This document shows positions 1-17,925 of a DNA stretch of 64,000 nt, piece after piece (the stretch's first letter is position 1; each line of letters begins with the position of its first letter). Under the pieces are notes generated by a model. The model did no database searches and was not told the DNA's origin. It saw only the letters and a program-made list of their open reading frames with translations. The DNA is taken from NCBI GenBank assembly GCA_020536535.1, contig JAHLWZ010000448.1, positions 62,001 through 126,000 of the forward strand. Direction: 5' to 3'. The position numbers were made by a program, and so were the translations under genes. Origin of the DNA: Pelomyxa schiedti. Lineage: Eukaryota > Protista > Evosea.

Positions 1-1759
1 ATTACAAACTTGCAACATATCCCTTATCCAGATTATTCTCCGCTCAGACTACTCGAGCAGGCCCTTACAAAGTACAAGAAGGAGTGGACTGTAACTGTAC
101 TCGAAAATGCACGAGTAACCTTCAACTCAAATTTGAATGGCAAGAATTTACTCAATTTACACAGGTTCCCCTAATTAAAATTCATCCTGTTGTTGGTTGT
201 GATGTAGACATTTCCTTCAATAGCCCCAGTGGTACCATATCCCGTGCCATATTCTTTATAAATTGAAATGGCACAGGTATCAAAAATTCCAAAGCCATAC
301 AAGGTTTTATGGAAGAATACCCTGCGTTATATCCCCTTACCCTTGTGGTTAAGTACTTCCTGCACCAAAACCTCCTTAATGAACCACACCTTGGAGGCCT
401 TGGCAGCTATGCTACCACCCTGTTGGTGGTAAGATTTTTGCAACAACGTAAGTTGCTTACAGAGTACGCCACATCAACTGCTGAGGCTGCCCGTGCACAC
501 CCATCTTCCAAGACCCTTCAAGCAAAGAACATTGCACAGGAGGCAGCAACTTCACACGGAGTTTTGGTTACTGACCCCGATTTTGAAGACTTGGGTCATA
601 TGTTAGTTGGATTCTTGAAGCTCTATGGTTATACTTTCAATTACTATTCCTCAGGGATTTCTGTGAGAAATCAGGGTGGCTTTTTCCCCAAGGTACCTAC
701 CTACTAACTTATGTTTTTCCTCTTATGTTCGCGTTTCAGGCTAGCCGTATCAATCATACATCTAATGCCGATTGCCTGTGTCTTGAAGATCCCACAGATC
801 CCACAAATGATGTGGGTAGGCCAACCTCAGAAATGCGTCTCATACGTCATGTATTCGCGGCAGCACATACCAATTTCATTGCTGCTGGAGTCCTTGATTT
901 TGTGCCACCCGGTATTCAAAACAAGGGCAATTTTCCTGCACTAGCAGCAATGCCAATTTGCATCCTCCCACGTTTACAGGAGCATAGGGAGGGATTAGTA
1001 ATTTCCTGCAGAACTAAGGGAATTGAAGTGTGGGATACACCAGAGTGGAAGTGGGAGTGGCGAAAAGGATTCATTAATCTTCGAGACAAAAGTACGGGTC
1101 CAAATGGGGATTCTGGTAGCAATAACTCCACTGCACAAACAAATGATGAAAGTTCTGAACAACTATATGGGAGTGAAAATGATGACAATGAATCTGCGGA
1201 ATCAAATACAGCACTCCGAGAGACTGATCAGACAAACCAACCAGCCGTACCAGAACCGACCAGCAGCACAACTGCAACGAAACCGGGCAATCCCAAAAGA
1301 ACTGTTGTGAAGACTCTCCCGTCTGGTCACACTGTAGTTACCACAATGAAGCCGCAGCCGCCAACAGGAACAGGAATCCCTGATTCCCAAACAACCGCAA
1401 CACCACAAAACACAACAACCCCGTCAGTTCAGACCTTCCCCGATCTGCAGCCGCGAGACCAGAAAAGGCAACGTACAACAGTACCCACACACCCTTGCTC
1501 ACCAGCACCACACCTCAACAACTTACCCACACAACAAAACCTCCTGGCCAACAACCAACATCCCTCTCCACCACCCACTCCACCCACAAACAGAACCGCG
1601 ATGCAGTCACCACCTCACTATCCCACTAACCCCAAGAGACAGTATCCATCCAAACAACCACCACGGCCACAAGCAAGACCCCAAACACCCACACGAGTGC
1701 CACCAAACACACAAATACACCTCAGGGTACAAACATCCCCCAAAGCATACAAATTTTAA
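1..1759 (+). CDS. Non-canonical poly(A) polymerase, Trf4/PAPD5 (TENT4) family; 5' end outside window; multi-exon
   Basis: Motifs VPLIK..DVDISFN, LVVKYFLHQNLLNEPHLGGLGSYA, DLGHMLVGFLKLYG..FNY..GISVR, LCLEDPTDPTNDVG (NTase plus PAP-associated domain); GT-AG introns join the ORFs; P/T/Q-rich tail ends at TAA 1757-1759. Confidence 0.88.
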
Positions 1760-1843
1760 ACCTCTTTTGTACAGAAAGAAACTAAAACAATTTTTCTGAT
1801 AAACAAACCAAATTTCTTTGTTACTTTTAAAAAAACAATAACC

Positions 1844-4800
1844 TCAAAGGGTGCTATTGCCTGATTTTGTGGGTGGTGGGTCAGAAGAACCATCTGGCTC
1901 TCTGCCCTGTGTAGTGGGTGTTGTTGCCGATGATGCCAAATTTGAAGGTAGTTTTGTGTTACTCAGCAGCGAATTAGTTGAAGTGGATGACGTGAGCCTG
2001 GGTGGCAACCTGGGGGGAACCAATCCAGTGGTGGTAGATGTATGGCTGGTAATGATGATAGGGGGAAGTGGCTTGGTGGGTGCTGGTGGTAGCTGCCGGC
2101 GTCTGTTTGGTGTGAGTTGTGGTTGTGAAATGGTGTGAGATAGTGCACCAGTGCGGCTGGGTGTGTTATGGTCTTCACTTGTGGATAGGTGTGGTGAGGG
2201 AATCTTCCTAGGTGGTTGTTGTGGTTGTTCTGGTGGTGTTGTGGATACAAGTGGGGTGGAGGAGGGTGCATCGGGTTGATTTGTTGGAGTACTAGGTGTT
2301 GGGGTGGTGGTTGTGTGAGGTGGGGTTCCTTCAGGGTTGGATGTGTTTGTGGAGATAACTTGTGGAGGAGAGGTTGGTGATCTCGGCTTGTTTGTGTAGC
2401 TGAGACTTGGGAGTGGAGGTTGGTTTGGTACTGGGTTTGTTGGGGTAATTTTATGCTCACTGGAGGGAAAATGTGATTGGGCCAGTGAGGGTGTTTTTGT
2501 AAGAGGTGAAGACGAAAACGAGGCAGAGCGTGTAGGAATTGGTGGAGGAAGCTTTGTTGGTGGTGGTGAAGAGTGGAGGGGATATTGGCTCTCCTCAACT
2601 GTTTGATCATCTTGTGGCACAGTGTCGTGATCTGGTGGCGGTGGTGTTACTACTAAAGCTGGCAGAGTTGGGTTGGATTCCTTCCGTGGTAACTTTTTCT
2701 CTCCTGAAGAACCATGCCGATCTAACTTGTGATGGTGCTTTCTCTGCTTATGATGGGTACTTTTTCCTCCTACTTTCATAGCCGCAAGTAAGGATTCCTT
2801 TGTGAATGCAGTGATTTTTCTGAGTTCTTCAGAAGAGATTTTACGGAACTCCAGAGGTTTTGAAGTGTCATGAGCAAGTTGGTGCAATCTGAGGATAGGT
2901 ATGCAATTTGCACTAGTTTGTTCCATAGCAATGTCCATTGCTGTCTTCCCCTCAGAATCACGGATATTTTGCGATGCTCCCGCTCTTTGGTGGTAATTAA
3001 AACAAAAGAGAAAAGAGAGCCAATGCCAAGAGGAGTGAACCTCAGAAGTGCAACGACATCGGGTTTCCTATCTCGTAGCACTGCATAGTGAAGGGCAGTG
3101 CTGTTGCTTGCGTCTGGGCTATAAAAAACCGTTCAGTGAAGTATAAGTAGAGGGGGAAGTGCAACGTATCAACAGGGCTTCCAGATACAAGAAGAAGTCC
3201 TAAACAGGACAATGAGTGGCAACGGACAGCAATGTGTACTAGTGACCTATCGAGGTTAAATGAACCCAGATTAAAATAATACCTCTTCTTCGCTGTAAAT
3301 GGTTTCGTTACATCAGCTCCATGAGCAATGCACGTTAGTAATTTTTTTATGCTTCCCGTTTTTACTGCGTCAACGATATTCTTGTTTACTTTTAGTTCCT
3401 GATAGGGCAGAGTAAGAAGCCCACCTCATTGACTTCAAAAGGAGCAGGACCAAGAAATAGCTTCTTCTCATACTTGGAGGTGATCCAATTAGTGCGAGTT
3501 GTGCTGTGGGAGTGTAAAAAACACGGTTCGAAGAGAAATACTTAACAGGTCTGCATCTGGTGGAATTTTGGTGTATTCAGCAGGGATTTCTCGCTCCCAC
3601 ACTGAATTCGCTTTTTCATTTCCAAGGGCTGAGAGCATCTAACATTGTTATTCAAGTTGCTTGTGAAGGACAGAAAAACCAAGTAGAGTTCAGGCTCTAA
3701 GTTATCTAATGTTAGACTCCTGACTTTACTGACATGCGTTCCCATCTGCCTATGGAGTCCTGAATACAGTTAGTTATGAATAAAATTTCAGGCATACCTG
3801 AGCATGCAATGCAGATAACAACACCCAAATTAATAGAAACCCAGTCTGGATCTGAGAAGATAATCTAAACTCCTTGTGATAGAAACATTAATGTACCAGG
3901 AGCACCACAGTCTGCACAGGCGGAATTTGATTGATGCAATTCCCTTAATATTTGCAATTCTGGGTGTGCTGCCTCGGAGGCTGCTGCAACGAAATGAGAA
4001 TCCATGTGAAAGCAATAAAAGCTATACATGTTTTGTGTGTTCCAGTATTTACTTGTCCCAATAATAATTCTCGTGAAGAATTTATGGCATTTATCCATGC
4101 TGTCATTTCTTCTTGTGAACTGGCCTAAAAAAGTTACATTGGAAAATGACTGGTACAAACTTGAAGTAAAAAGCTTGTTGCAGGAGGAGTAATGATCTCA
4201 AAACAGAATCTGCGATCCAAGTCATCTCTTACATGCAAAGTCGTTAAAAGTATATCCACAGATTTGACTCTGACAGGGTCCTTCCAGAAAAGTGTAAGTG
4301 GTTGCTCATCGTTGGCATGCAGAACAGTGGAAAAAAGATACCTACCTTTCCGTCTTTATAGTAAAAGAATTTTCCATCTTCAATTTTGAAGTAACGGCGT
4401 TGCCACATTTTACCAAAGTTCGTGGTTCTTTTGAAAAGGTACCTTTTGAATGTGAGTCAAGAAAGGAGGTCAGGGAAGGTACCCTTCCTGAACAGCTTCT
4501 TTGGATGCCGTAACAATTGCGGGAGTGTCTTGCTACTTGAATGAGCCATAGGCAAGAAAAGTGTGGTGCGGAATAAGAACCTTAGAAAGAGCCATTCTGG
4601 ATTCTAAATCTTGCCTGTGCATGGCAGTGGCATTAACTAAATCCAAATTGGCCGTAGCAGCTACTTGTTTGTACAATGAATTTTGTTCCTCGAGCACAAC
4701 AAGAGACTGCTTATAGAAAACTTGTTGCTGCTGAAGAATTCCTTGAATACACTCAAGAAGTAGAATGCGGTAGTGAGCCTGACATGATATAAGGATGAAA

Positions 4801-6491
4801 AGTGGACTGGGAAAAAAGGTATACCTTGGCTTGGTTTATACCACTGGCGAGATCTACAATGGCTTCCCTCTGGTCCCGTTTTGAGGAGATAACTTCTTGA
4901 GATATCTAGAACTAATTAGCAGAAAAATTTCCAGTAGGAATCAATCACGTCATTGCCATCTGCACTTTTTTTTGTTCTGGCATACTTGGCAGCCATTGAA
5001 TCAAGGTGCTCTGAGCTACGCTTGAATTCTTTTCCCCTATTCTTTTAAGGGGATATTACACTAAGTGTGGCTTTTACTGGAGTATACCTGCACGTCTGCT
5101 ATGTAGCCATCAATGAATTTTTGCATATTTGTGTTCATGAATAAGTCTAAAACATTAATCTAAGAATTATCAGATTTCAAAGAAAGGATTAGGACACACA
5201 AAGTGAGTCCTCTCCTCGTCAATTGACTGGAGGGTAGCAGCAACTTTTGCCAGACTTTTCCCTTCGTGAAGTTATGTATTTTAAAGAAATGAAAAAAGAA
5301 TACTCAGGAAGGGATCTGCAGGAAGATTTACTAATTCACCCAGTAAATCTGTATACCTCTGTGTAAACTCTGTGTAGAGTGAGCAGCATAAAAAATACAT
5401 ATTATTTCACCTGAAGAAGTACTCTGAAGTGCTTTGAACATTTTCATGACTTGGGTGAGGTGCTGCCCACGCTGCTTAATGTCTAGTAACTCGCGCCTTA
5501 GTTCCTCACGGGAGATTGGGGAGTCATCAATAACATTAGCTATTGATAGAGGGACAGTCTCTGTGTCCGGCTGGTGCATTGCACTAGCGTCAAACACCAC
5601 TGTAGCACGTGTGCCATTATTACAGCTGCTGCCGCTGCAGCTTCCTCCAGTGCCCGCAGTCCCAGAACCAGAAGCCGGCAAAGACGAAGGCGACAAAGGC
5701 TCCTCCTGCCCCAACAGTGATGATTTCCTCTTCCCAGAACCCACCGGTTCGCCCGCGACCTGCTGCGGAGTAGGCACTGGGCTGGAGGGGCTCAAGGGGG
5801 GAAGGGGAGGAGGAGGCGGGGGAGGGGGCGAGGAGGAGCGGCCAACTTCGCTGTCACTGTAGTAGCCCCCTCCCCCGCTCCCGCTCCCGCCTCCGTCGTC
5901 GCTGCTCCCGCGTGGGCTCAGCCCAGCGCCCCCGGTGCTGAGCGGCGGGGACCGTGCCCGGCGGTGGGAGTGCCTGCTGCGATACGACGAGAGGCTGGAA
6001 GCTGCGGCCGACGTGGGCGTTGGTGAGTGCCCCCGGTACCTCCCTTCGCGATCCGAGTCTCTGTCTCTGTGGTCCCTTTCCTTGTCCCTGTCCCTGTCCT
6101 TGTCCCTGTGACCTTTGTCCTTGTCCCTGTCTCGGTCCCTCTCTCTGTCACTCTCCCTGTGCTTGTCTCTATCTTTATCTCTCTCCCTCTCCCTCTCCCT
6201 CTCCCTATCCCGGTCTCTATCCTTGTCTCGGTCCCTGTCTCTGTCCCTATCCCGGTCTCGATCTTTGTCTCTATCCCTCTCCTTGTCACGCCCACCGCCG
6301 ACGTCGGTGTCGTGGTCCCTGTCCCTGTCACGGTCACGGTCACGATCGTGGTCGTGGTGCGGGCCTCGCTGGTGGTCGCTGGACTCTGAATGGTGATGGT
6401 GATGTGATGAAGAGGAGGAGCCACTGGACACTACGTGGTCCTCTGTTGACCCTGTGTCGACCGAATCATATGTTGCTGATTTGCGAGACAT
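1844..6491 (-). CDS. ArfGAP with BAR-PH-ArfGAP-ankyrin architecture (ACAP/centaurin-beta-like); N-terminal DR/ER repeat and C-terminal Pro-rich tail; multi-exon
   Basis: Zn-finger CADCGAP...CIACSG.HRQMGTHVSKVRSLTLD (ArfGAP); PH-like exons at ~4.0-4.5 kb; ankyrin-type TALHYAV/TSLVHIAV; IDDSPISREE BAR start. Confidence 0.85.
6050..6350 (-). repeat. Hexamer-type low-complexity coding repeat encoding (DR/ER)n in the ArfGAP N-terminus
   Basis: Runs of tccctg/tccctc/tctctg on + strand; ORF 5331..6491 reads DRDRDRDKDRERERE. Confidence 0.85.
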
Positions 6492-6642
6492 CGTTCGTTC
6501 ACCAGGCTGGGTAGTCCAGGGCGTCGCTGTTTTTTTTTTTTTGTTTTTCGGTTTTTTTTGTTTGTCTCGGTTTCCGTACTTTCGGGTTCTGAGAAGAAAA
6601 AAGAAAGAGTTCCCCTAGGGGGTGAATTCTTTGGTTTTGTTG

Positions 6643-7925
6643 TCAGGGCAGAGTGGAAAGTATTTGCATGGAAGGCCAGAGGCAAACGAGGAAAATCACA
6701 CCGTTGGGGAGGATGTACTTGTTGTTTTCTGCCGTGTCATACCAGTCTGTTACAGTTTCACAGAGGTGCAACTGTTTCTCATCCACCTCTCTTCTCCTCT
6801 TCTTCTTGAACTTGGTGTAGCTAAAGATGTGCTTTTTCACTTCCAAAGGTAACTTGTGGAAAGTAAGCTGGCTGTTAAAACCAAAAACTAAGACCTTGCA
6901 GAGCAGAGTGGACCTGGTAAGAACAAGTAAGCAGTGCATTTCATCAATTCGAGATTGCTGTTCACTTGTGCCTCCAAGAACATCTGCACACAGACCTTTG
7001 AATTCGAGCTCAAAGATTGTTGCACGAACTTCGTCCTTGTTTTTTGCACTCCCTGGAAATGTCCACATTTGTTTGCAAACAAATGGATAGCATTCTGGAT
7101 GTGAAGAGTGGCCCTTGCGCAAACGTGTCCAGAACATCTTTGCTGGTACCTCAACTGCTGTTGGGCCACTGCTGTGACTTGAAATTTTTTCACTGTTTTC
7201 CTTGTGAGTGAAGTTTTTTGCAGGACGAGAACATACAAGAAAGAGCGCTGTTCCTCAAAAGAAGCTTCAAGATAGGTACGCAGAGTGTTCTCAACATCGG
7301 CGGTAGTTTTGACAGGGAAGATACAAGGATCCAGCATATAAATCATTCTTTCTACTTAACCGTGTTATTGCACCAAAACGGAAAATAAAAAAAGAGACAT
7401 GAATTAACTTACAACAGTTGCAGATTAAATATCGTTTTGTGACAGAAGTTGCCACAGTAGTCGTTGTAGTGGAAATAACTTTGTTTCCATCCTAAAGTCT
7501 TCAAGTCAAATCCAAAAAAAAAAAAAAAAAAACGAACGTCCAATGGGCCAAAGCGTGCCCGCACCCGGTACCACAAGCACAGCTGCAGGAAGCGGCGGGC
7601 TTGGTGCGTGCCCCAGCACGTGCGGGGGTGCCCTTGGCGACCTGGCCGACGTCGTGGTGCAAGGCCGCGGGGCCCGGGTCGCCCCGCGCCGCACGGAGGA
7701 GAGCGATGGCGATGGCGATGGCGAGGGAGGGGGGCTCGGGGGCGGGGCGCTGCCCGCCGCGACATCGGCGCCTCCGCCAAAGAAAAAGGTGGTGGCGATG
7801 ACGGCCAGCACGGTGGTGAGCACGTCGGCGCCGGAGAGTGCCACGAGGGTGAGCGTGTCGCAGTGGGACGCGACGTGGCCGCCGGCTGCGGTTGCTGTGC
7901 TCAGGAGGTGGGTGTTGCTGTTCAT
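6643..7925 (-). CDS. Hypothetical protein (or pseudogene) with C-terminal F-box-like tail; exon structure uncertain
   Basis: GC-rich first exon (MNSNTHLL...), poly-T intron, downstream ORFs 6888..7346 and 6643..7137 ending FHKLPLEVKKHIFSY; exons could not be joined cleanly in frame. Confidence 0.4.
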
Positions 7926-8076
7926 CGCACGAAGGCAAACTACAATTAGCAAGACTGTATCAACCAAGGTTACCCCCCCTTTTTTTTTTTTTTTTTGTGT
8001 TTATTTTCGTTTTTGTTATTTTTCCAAGTGGCATCCCAACTTGGATTCGTTTTCGATGTGGGAGAATGCGGACTTG

Positions 8077-12486
<4,410 letters not shown>

Positions 12487-12828
12487 GCAAGTACGTATTT
12501 TTTCGGTAGATCGATGTCGCCTAGAACCAACGGAACCTTCTAGGTTTTTTTCTTTTTTTCTTGAGCTCGGTTGTTTTAACAAAACAAAAAAAGGCAGGAA
12601 CAAGTCTGATTCCGGCCAGAGAATGGCTTTTCGCACTCTCAATCCTACAATAAAGAGACTACTGACTACAGTCTGAATCCTTGCCTTCTCCAACGTGTGG
12701 GCTCCTCCATGAATGGAAAGAGAAGGGGATTCGGATAGCCGGAGGGTTATGCACAAACGCACAAATCTCGAGTTTTGCTTTTCGAAGAAACATCGATGAA
12801 TGAAGCGGGCCACAGTACGTGTAATTAA

Positions 12829-14491
12829 ATGGTTTCGGTTGGTTTGAGGTTAGGTCTGCCGTTGGTGTTGTTGGGCCACTTGTGCTTGATAGGAACTTGT
12901 TCGCTCAGTGGTAAATTCTGGCACATCACAGATATTCACTATCAGGTTGCCTGGTTTTTTTTTTTAACATAAGGGGTCTCCTTTGTAACACCCATTTGAA
13001 TAGCCACTGTATTATGAAGGGGCAAGTGTGAGAGATGATTGTGTGAGTGGGACTGGGAGTGCTGGATATTATGGCAGTCTGGGTCCATGTGATGTTCCCA
13101 TACAAACTCTGCAAGATACATTCACTTTCATGGCAAAAACTCTGCCAAACCCTGACTTCATTTTGTATACTGGTGATGTGGTGCGTGGAGCATAACTGAT
13201 AAGGAAATATGTGAAACTAATTAGTAGTACCTAGGTTCCCCATGCGCCTCTTAATTGGGATGAAAACGGCGTTCTTGAATACATAGGAAATGTTTCATCA
13301 TGGTTTACAACGTACTTCCCTGGGACTACTGTATTTCCTGTTCTGGGGTATTCTCACTCATTTTCTCCGCCACTATTTTGATCTCCCTCTAGAAATCATG
13401 ACACCTATCCGGAATACCAGGTATGTCGTTTTATTCCTTTCCAACACCTGAGTTTATCTCAGATGTACCCTTATGAGTACTGGTTGTATGATCAGACTGC
13501 TGAAATATGGAGTGATTTCCTGGATAGCGACATGCAAAGCACATTCAAACTTGGTGGCTATTACACGTATCCTTCTCTCACTCCTTTAACTGCTCATATT
13601 GGAAAAGGCATTTAATTTCGCCAGGACTACGAGTTGTAGCACTAAATACAGCACTGTATTACTCGTATAATACCTATGTAAACCCGCAAGTTCACACTGG
13701 TTTGATTTTTCTTTCCCTACATTTGGAATGACAACTGCCCAAACAGATCCCGCCGGACAACTGGCTTGGATGGCCTCGGTAATGGATTCAGCAAAAGCTA
13801 ATGGGGAGAAAGTAATTGTTATCTACCACGTACCTACTGGATACGTTGGCGGAATCATTTCTCCCATGCACAAAGTTTACAATGAAGAATTAGTGACCGC
13901 ATTGGAGCCGTATAACTCCATAATAATCGGCCACTTCAGTGGTGAGCTTTCCTCTGTTTGCCCGCATCACTAAAACCCAGATAGGCCACGACCACCTAGA
14001 TATGTTCCGATTACTTGGCCCAGATCTAACTGCAACCTCTGAAGTGTCTGTTGGATTCGTGGCGGGTTCTTTATCTCCGTGGTATTTAGCAAATCCAAGA
14101 ATCCGAATGTTTTCCTATCAAGTTTCTGCACCCTTTACAATGTTGGACTATACCTCATACCAATTTGACTTGCTGTTGGCCAATGAGCTGAGGCGTATGT
14201 TACCAAATGCCAGTCATTATTATCTAAGCAACACTAGGGAGTACCTGGTTTGTTGAGTACACTGCGAGGGCAGAATACAACTTAGTCGATTTGAGCAGCA
14301 GTAGCATCATCCAGCTCTATAACGAAATGCAGACAAACATCACTCTAGTGGACTTGTACCTCAAACACTGGAAAGGAACTGAGAAGCCGGGGGAACTTTG
14401 TGCTGATTTAGACTGGTGCAGACTGGCTTCAGTTTGTTCGATAGGAACATCACAATGGAAGCCCTGGCTGGAATGCATGTCCCCAAAATGA
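12829..14491 (+). CDS. Acid sphingomyelinase-like calcineurin-type phosphodiesterase (SMPDL3/ASM family), secreted; multi-exon
   Basis: Signal peptide MVSVGLRLGLPLVLLG...; metallophosphoesterase motifs WHITDIHY, FILYTGD, GNHD, DPAGQLAW, HVP, FSGHDHLD, SLSP..NPRIR. Confidence 0.9.
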
Positions 14492-14588
14492 ATTCATTTG
14501 GAGCCCATAAAATAAACAAAAGCCTATTTTTTTACAATGCCGAAAATACAGTAGCAGTACAATCTAGTTTGAAAATAGGGTGTGGTCG

Positions 14589-17584
14589 TCACTGTCCTCT
14601 CCTGTGCCGTTTCGGGTGATGCATACTCTGGTTGGTTGTTTGGGGAGGCGGGCTGCTTTTTTGTGGAAGTATATCTCCCCTGGTCCTTTCTGCAAAAATG
14701 GTGTTAACTTGTGGGGGTGATGGTTGTGCCATAGGTGATACTGTTGGGTGTAATGCAGTTATGTCTTCATATTCAGTTTCAGGGGACACTGCCGGAGGCT
14801 GATGGTGGGATGGTAGTTTGACTGGTGCCTTCAGTGTTGCAGGGAATCGCTTGGGTTCGGGAAGCCCAGGTGGAGTTTTGTGTTCAAATTCTATCTCTTC
14901 ATACTCACCAGCACTAGATTTCATGGGTGCTGGTTGTGTTGATGGAGGAATTCCGCATTCTTCGCGCACTTCAGGGAGTTCTTCGTAATTATCACCTTCT
15001 TGGAGTAGCTGTGATGCTTCTCGGGAGCCCCGCGGTGGGCCTACAGCTGCACTGGAGCGAAGGAATTCCAGATTGTTGGAAGTACTGTTCTCCAAACCAC
15101 TATCTGACGATTTGCTGGAGGTACTGGTGCTGCTTGAGCTATTAGTACTACTTGCGTTTCCGGCACAGTATCTGGTAGTGGGAGAAGTACAAAGTCCCTC
15201 CCTACTCAGCCGTAGGTGCAGGGTTTCAAAATCTGGCCTTTGGGAAGGCGAATCGTCCCAGCACTGGTTTTTAGCAAGTCGTTAGTACTAAATCTCGAAA
15301 CAAATTTAACCTGGAGCATTAAGGAGAAAATTGACTGCGGGCAATTTGGAGGTGGTAGTTTGACCCCTTGGCAAATAGCTTCTCCAACTTGGCTTGGATG
15401 CTCGATATGAGAGAAAGGAAGTTGCCCTTCAGAAAAAATCTCCCACATAACCTGAGTATTTTTTTTTTTGGTTTTCCAGTTAACTCACATATCAGACATA
15501 CAACTCCAAATGACCACACATCAGAAAGTGTAGTGGGAATGCTGCCTTCAACAACTTCCTTTGCTTTCCATCTGATGAATTCGGTGTAGGTTGAACGAGC
15601 TTGATTTATGTGCGTGATACCGAAGTTAGAAATCTGAGGGAAGTGAGTCTCTGGAGGAATTTCAGGGGCCTGTCACTAGCCTTGACTTGGTAGCCTCTTG
15701 CCGTAGATTGATAAACTAGGGTACGAGCACAAAGATATTCATGGACAATTTTGTGCCTTGCAAGGTATGCCATACCAGCAGCAATATCTCTTTCTTGAAG
15801 CTTAAAAAGAGAAAAAAAGGAGTTGGAAATAGTTTACCTTCCGAGGTCAATCATAATTTGCAAAGTCAAGGGTTCTGTTCGAAGGAGGGATAATAAACTA
15901 CCCTCTGCAATTTCTTAATTGAAAGGTAAGTCGAGGCAAAATTCGGTCAAGTTATGAACCTGTGACAACTGAAACTTGCTCCCTTATTGTAGCAAGACCA
16001 AAGAACTAGTCAGAAGGTACTTAGATTGGAAAGTACTGTATAGGCACCTGAAGGATATTGGGATGTCTGAGTGAACGCAGTGCAATAGCTTCAGTTTCCA
16101 AAATTTCAAAATTTGGAGTGGAAAAAAATTGCTTGATAGCTACGGAGGTTCCATGCCATAGCCCTTTGTATACCTTGGGTACAATAAAATTGGGTAAGGC
16201 CTCACAGAAATACATACAGTTCCAGCATAACCTCTTCCTCTCCATTCTCGAATTTGAACATTTTTGAGATGATGATTCTTACAGGTGTGAAAAGACGAAT
16301 CAAGAGTAAGTTTATCTATTGCTACAGAGCTCAATCCCATTTGTTCTAGTTGGTTCCTGAGAGAAGAAGCTAAGTACAGTTGCTTGGATAGTTTTATTTG
16401 TAACTGGTGAAGTGAAGCCAAGTCAGAGATTGTAAGGTTGTTTGACTTAAATAGTTCAATATACTGTGGTAACCCAATTTCTGTGAGGTACTGTGCGATA
16501 TCCCTTGTTTCTCCAGAGCCGGGAGGGTTTGTCACGTTTCCTGAAGGGTTTGTCCCATCAAGGGAAAGGAGGAACTTTTGAAGAGACCCTTCAATTTTAC
16601 TGTATTCCACACTGCTTTTCAGTGTCACTGCAATTGATTCCGTGATTGCCTCAAGTAGGTGAATCTTTTCTCTTGAGAACATAGCCTCTTTTTTGTCTGC
16701 TAACTTAAACACCGTCAGCTGAAAAGAGGAGGGAGAACCCTCACCAGAATTACTCCTAATGGTTGCACCTGGGTGGCTTTTATTGGCAACACCATTACAG
16801 ATTTGAGAGCAGGGGATCCAAAAAGGCATCCATCAATGAAATGCTAAACGGGCCAGTTAGTCCTTCAAGGGAACAGTTGCAACTACTTCTGTATTGGAAT
16901 TCGAGACATAGGAGCCATTGTGAGTGAAATTAGTGCTGTCCCCTGGGACACTGCAAAGAACACTTCCCCATCTACATCAAAGGTAAAAATAGGCTTTCCT
17001 ATAACTTAGTTTTACATGCAAGCATGAGATGAGTCATGAAGACAGTGAGTAAATTGGGGTTTAGCACTCCCGGTTATGAGATTACATTGTCCAGTAAGTT
17101 GCACAGGTAAACCTTCACAGTGAACAAGTGGGAATGAGCCACCCTCGCAATAAGGGTCAGCAAGCCACATCAGCACAGTTTCACATCCCTTTGTGCGTGG
17201 TTAAAACGACATATACAACAACAAGATTAGAGGAAGTAACTGAGTCTTGTTTGAGCATGAAGCACACAGAGTTCAACATATCACACATCCTGAAACTTGA
17301 TGACTGCATCTGAGTGGTTTTAAAACCAAGTACAACTGTAGTTCAGAAGTAACAACCACTTGTGTATATTCTCTACTCCTCCTTTCTCGTTTTAGCAGAT
17401 ACCGTAATGCCACAATGTCATCAACATCGTCTGCAAATGAAACACAAAAACAACCAACAAAAAAAATGGTACTCAGTGGGACTGAATGTACACCTATTCA
17501 ATTACTATAAATTCTAGAAAGAGCCCTTGGGGTGGTTTTTTTTTTAAAACAACAAGTACCCAAGCCATCTCCCAGTTTCGCCAT
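14589..17584 (-). CDS. SAM-domain TKL/tyrosine-kinase-like pseudokinase with possible N-terminal GAF-like region and Tyr-motif tail; multi-exon
   Basis: SAM-like YLTEIGLPQYIELFKSNNLT; kinase GRGYAGTVYKG, VAIK, LRHPNIL, DIAAGMAYL, SDVWSFGV, WEIFSEG.PF, RPDF; catalytic loop reads HEYLCART and DFG reads NFG; start codon tentative. Confidence 0.8.
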
Positions 17585-17925
17585 GGCCAAAGCCAAAAAC
17601 ACACGATAGGTTTGGGTTTTTTTTTTTTTTTTTTGATAGAAATGATGATCTATTAGCTTCTGTGCGACACCAGAAGAGATCGTTCCCACAACGTGTTTTT
17701 ACGTAAAATTGAAGTGAAATTTCGGCGTAACAACTTCGGAAAACGAGGGTGGTTACCGGAATGTTTCAGTCAGCGGACCTATCGGGATAAGCACATCGCG
17801 CAGGAAGCATATAATGTGCAAAAGAGTCATTGTTATTAGAGACAATGGTTAAGCAAATAGTGCTTGTTTTTAGGTTGTTCACATAAGTTAGATACCTATA
17901 GTTTCCAGATTAGCTGGTAAATAAG

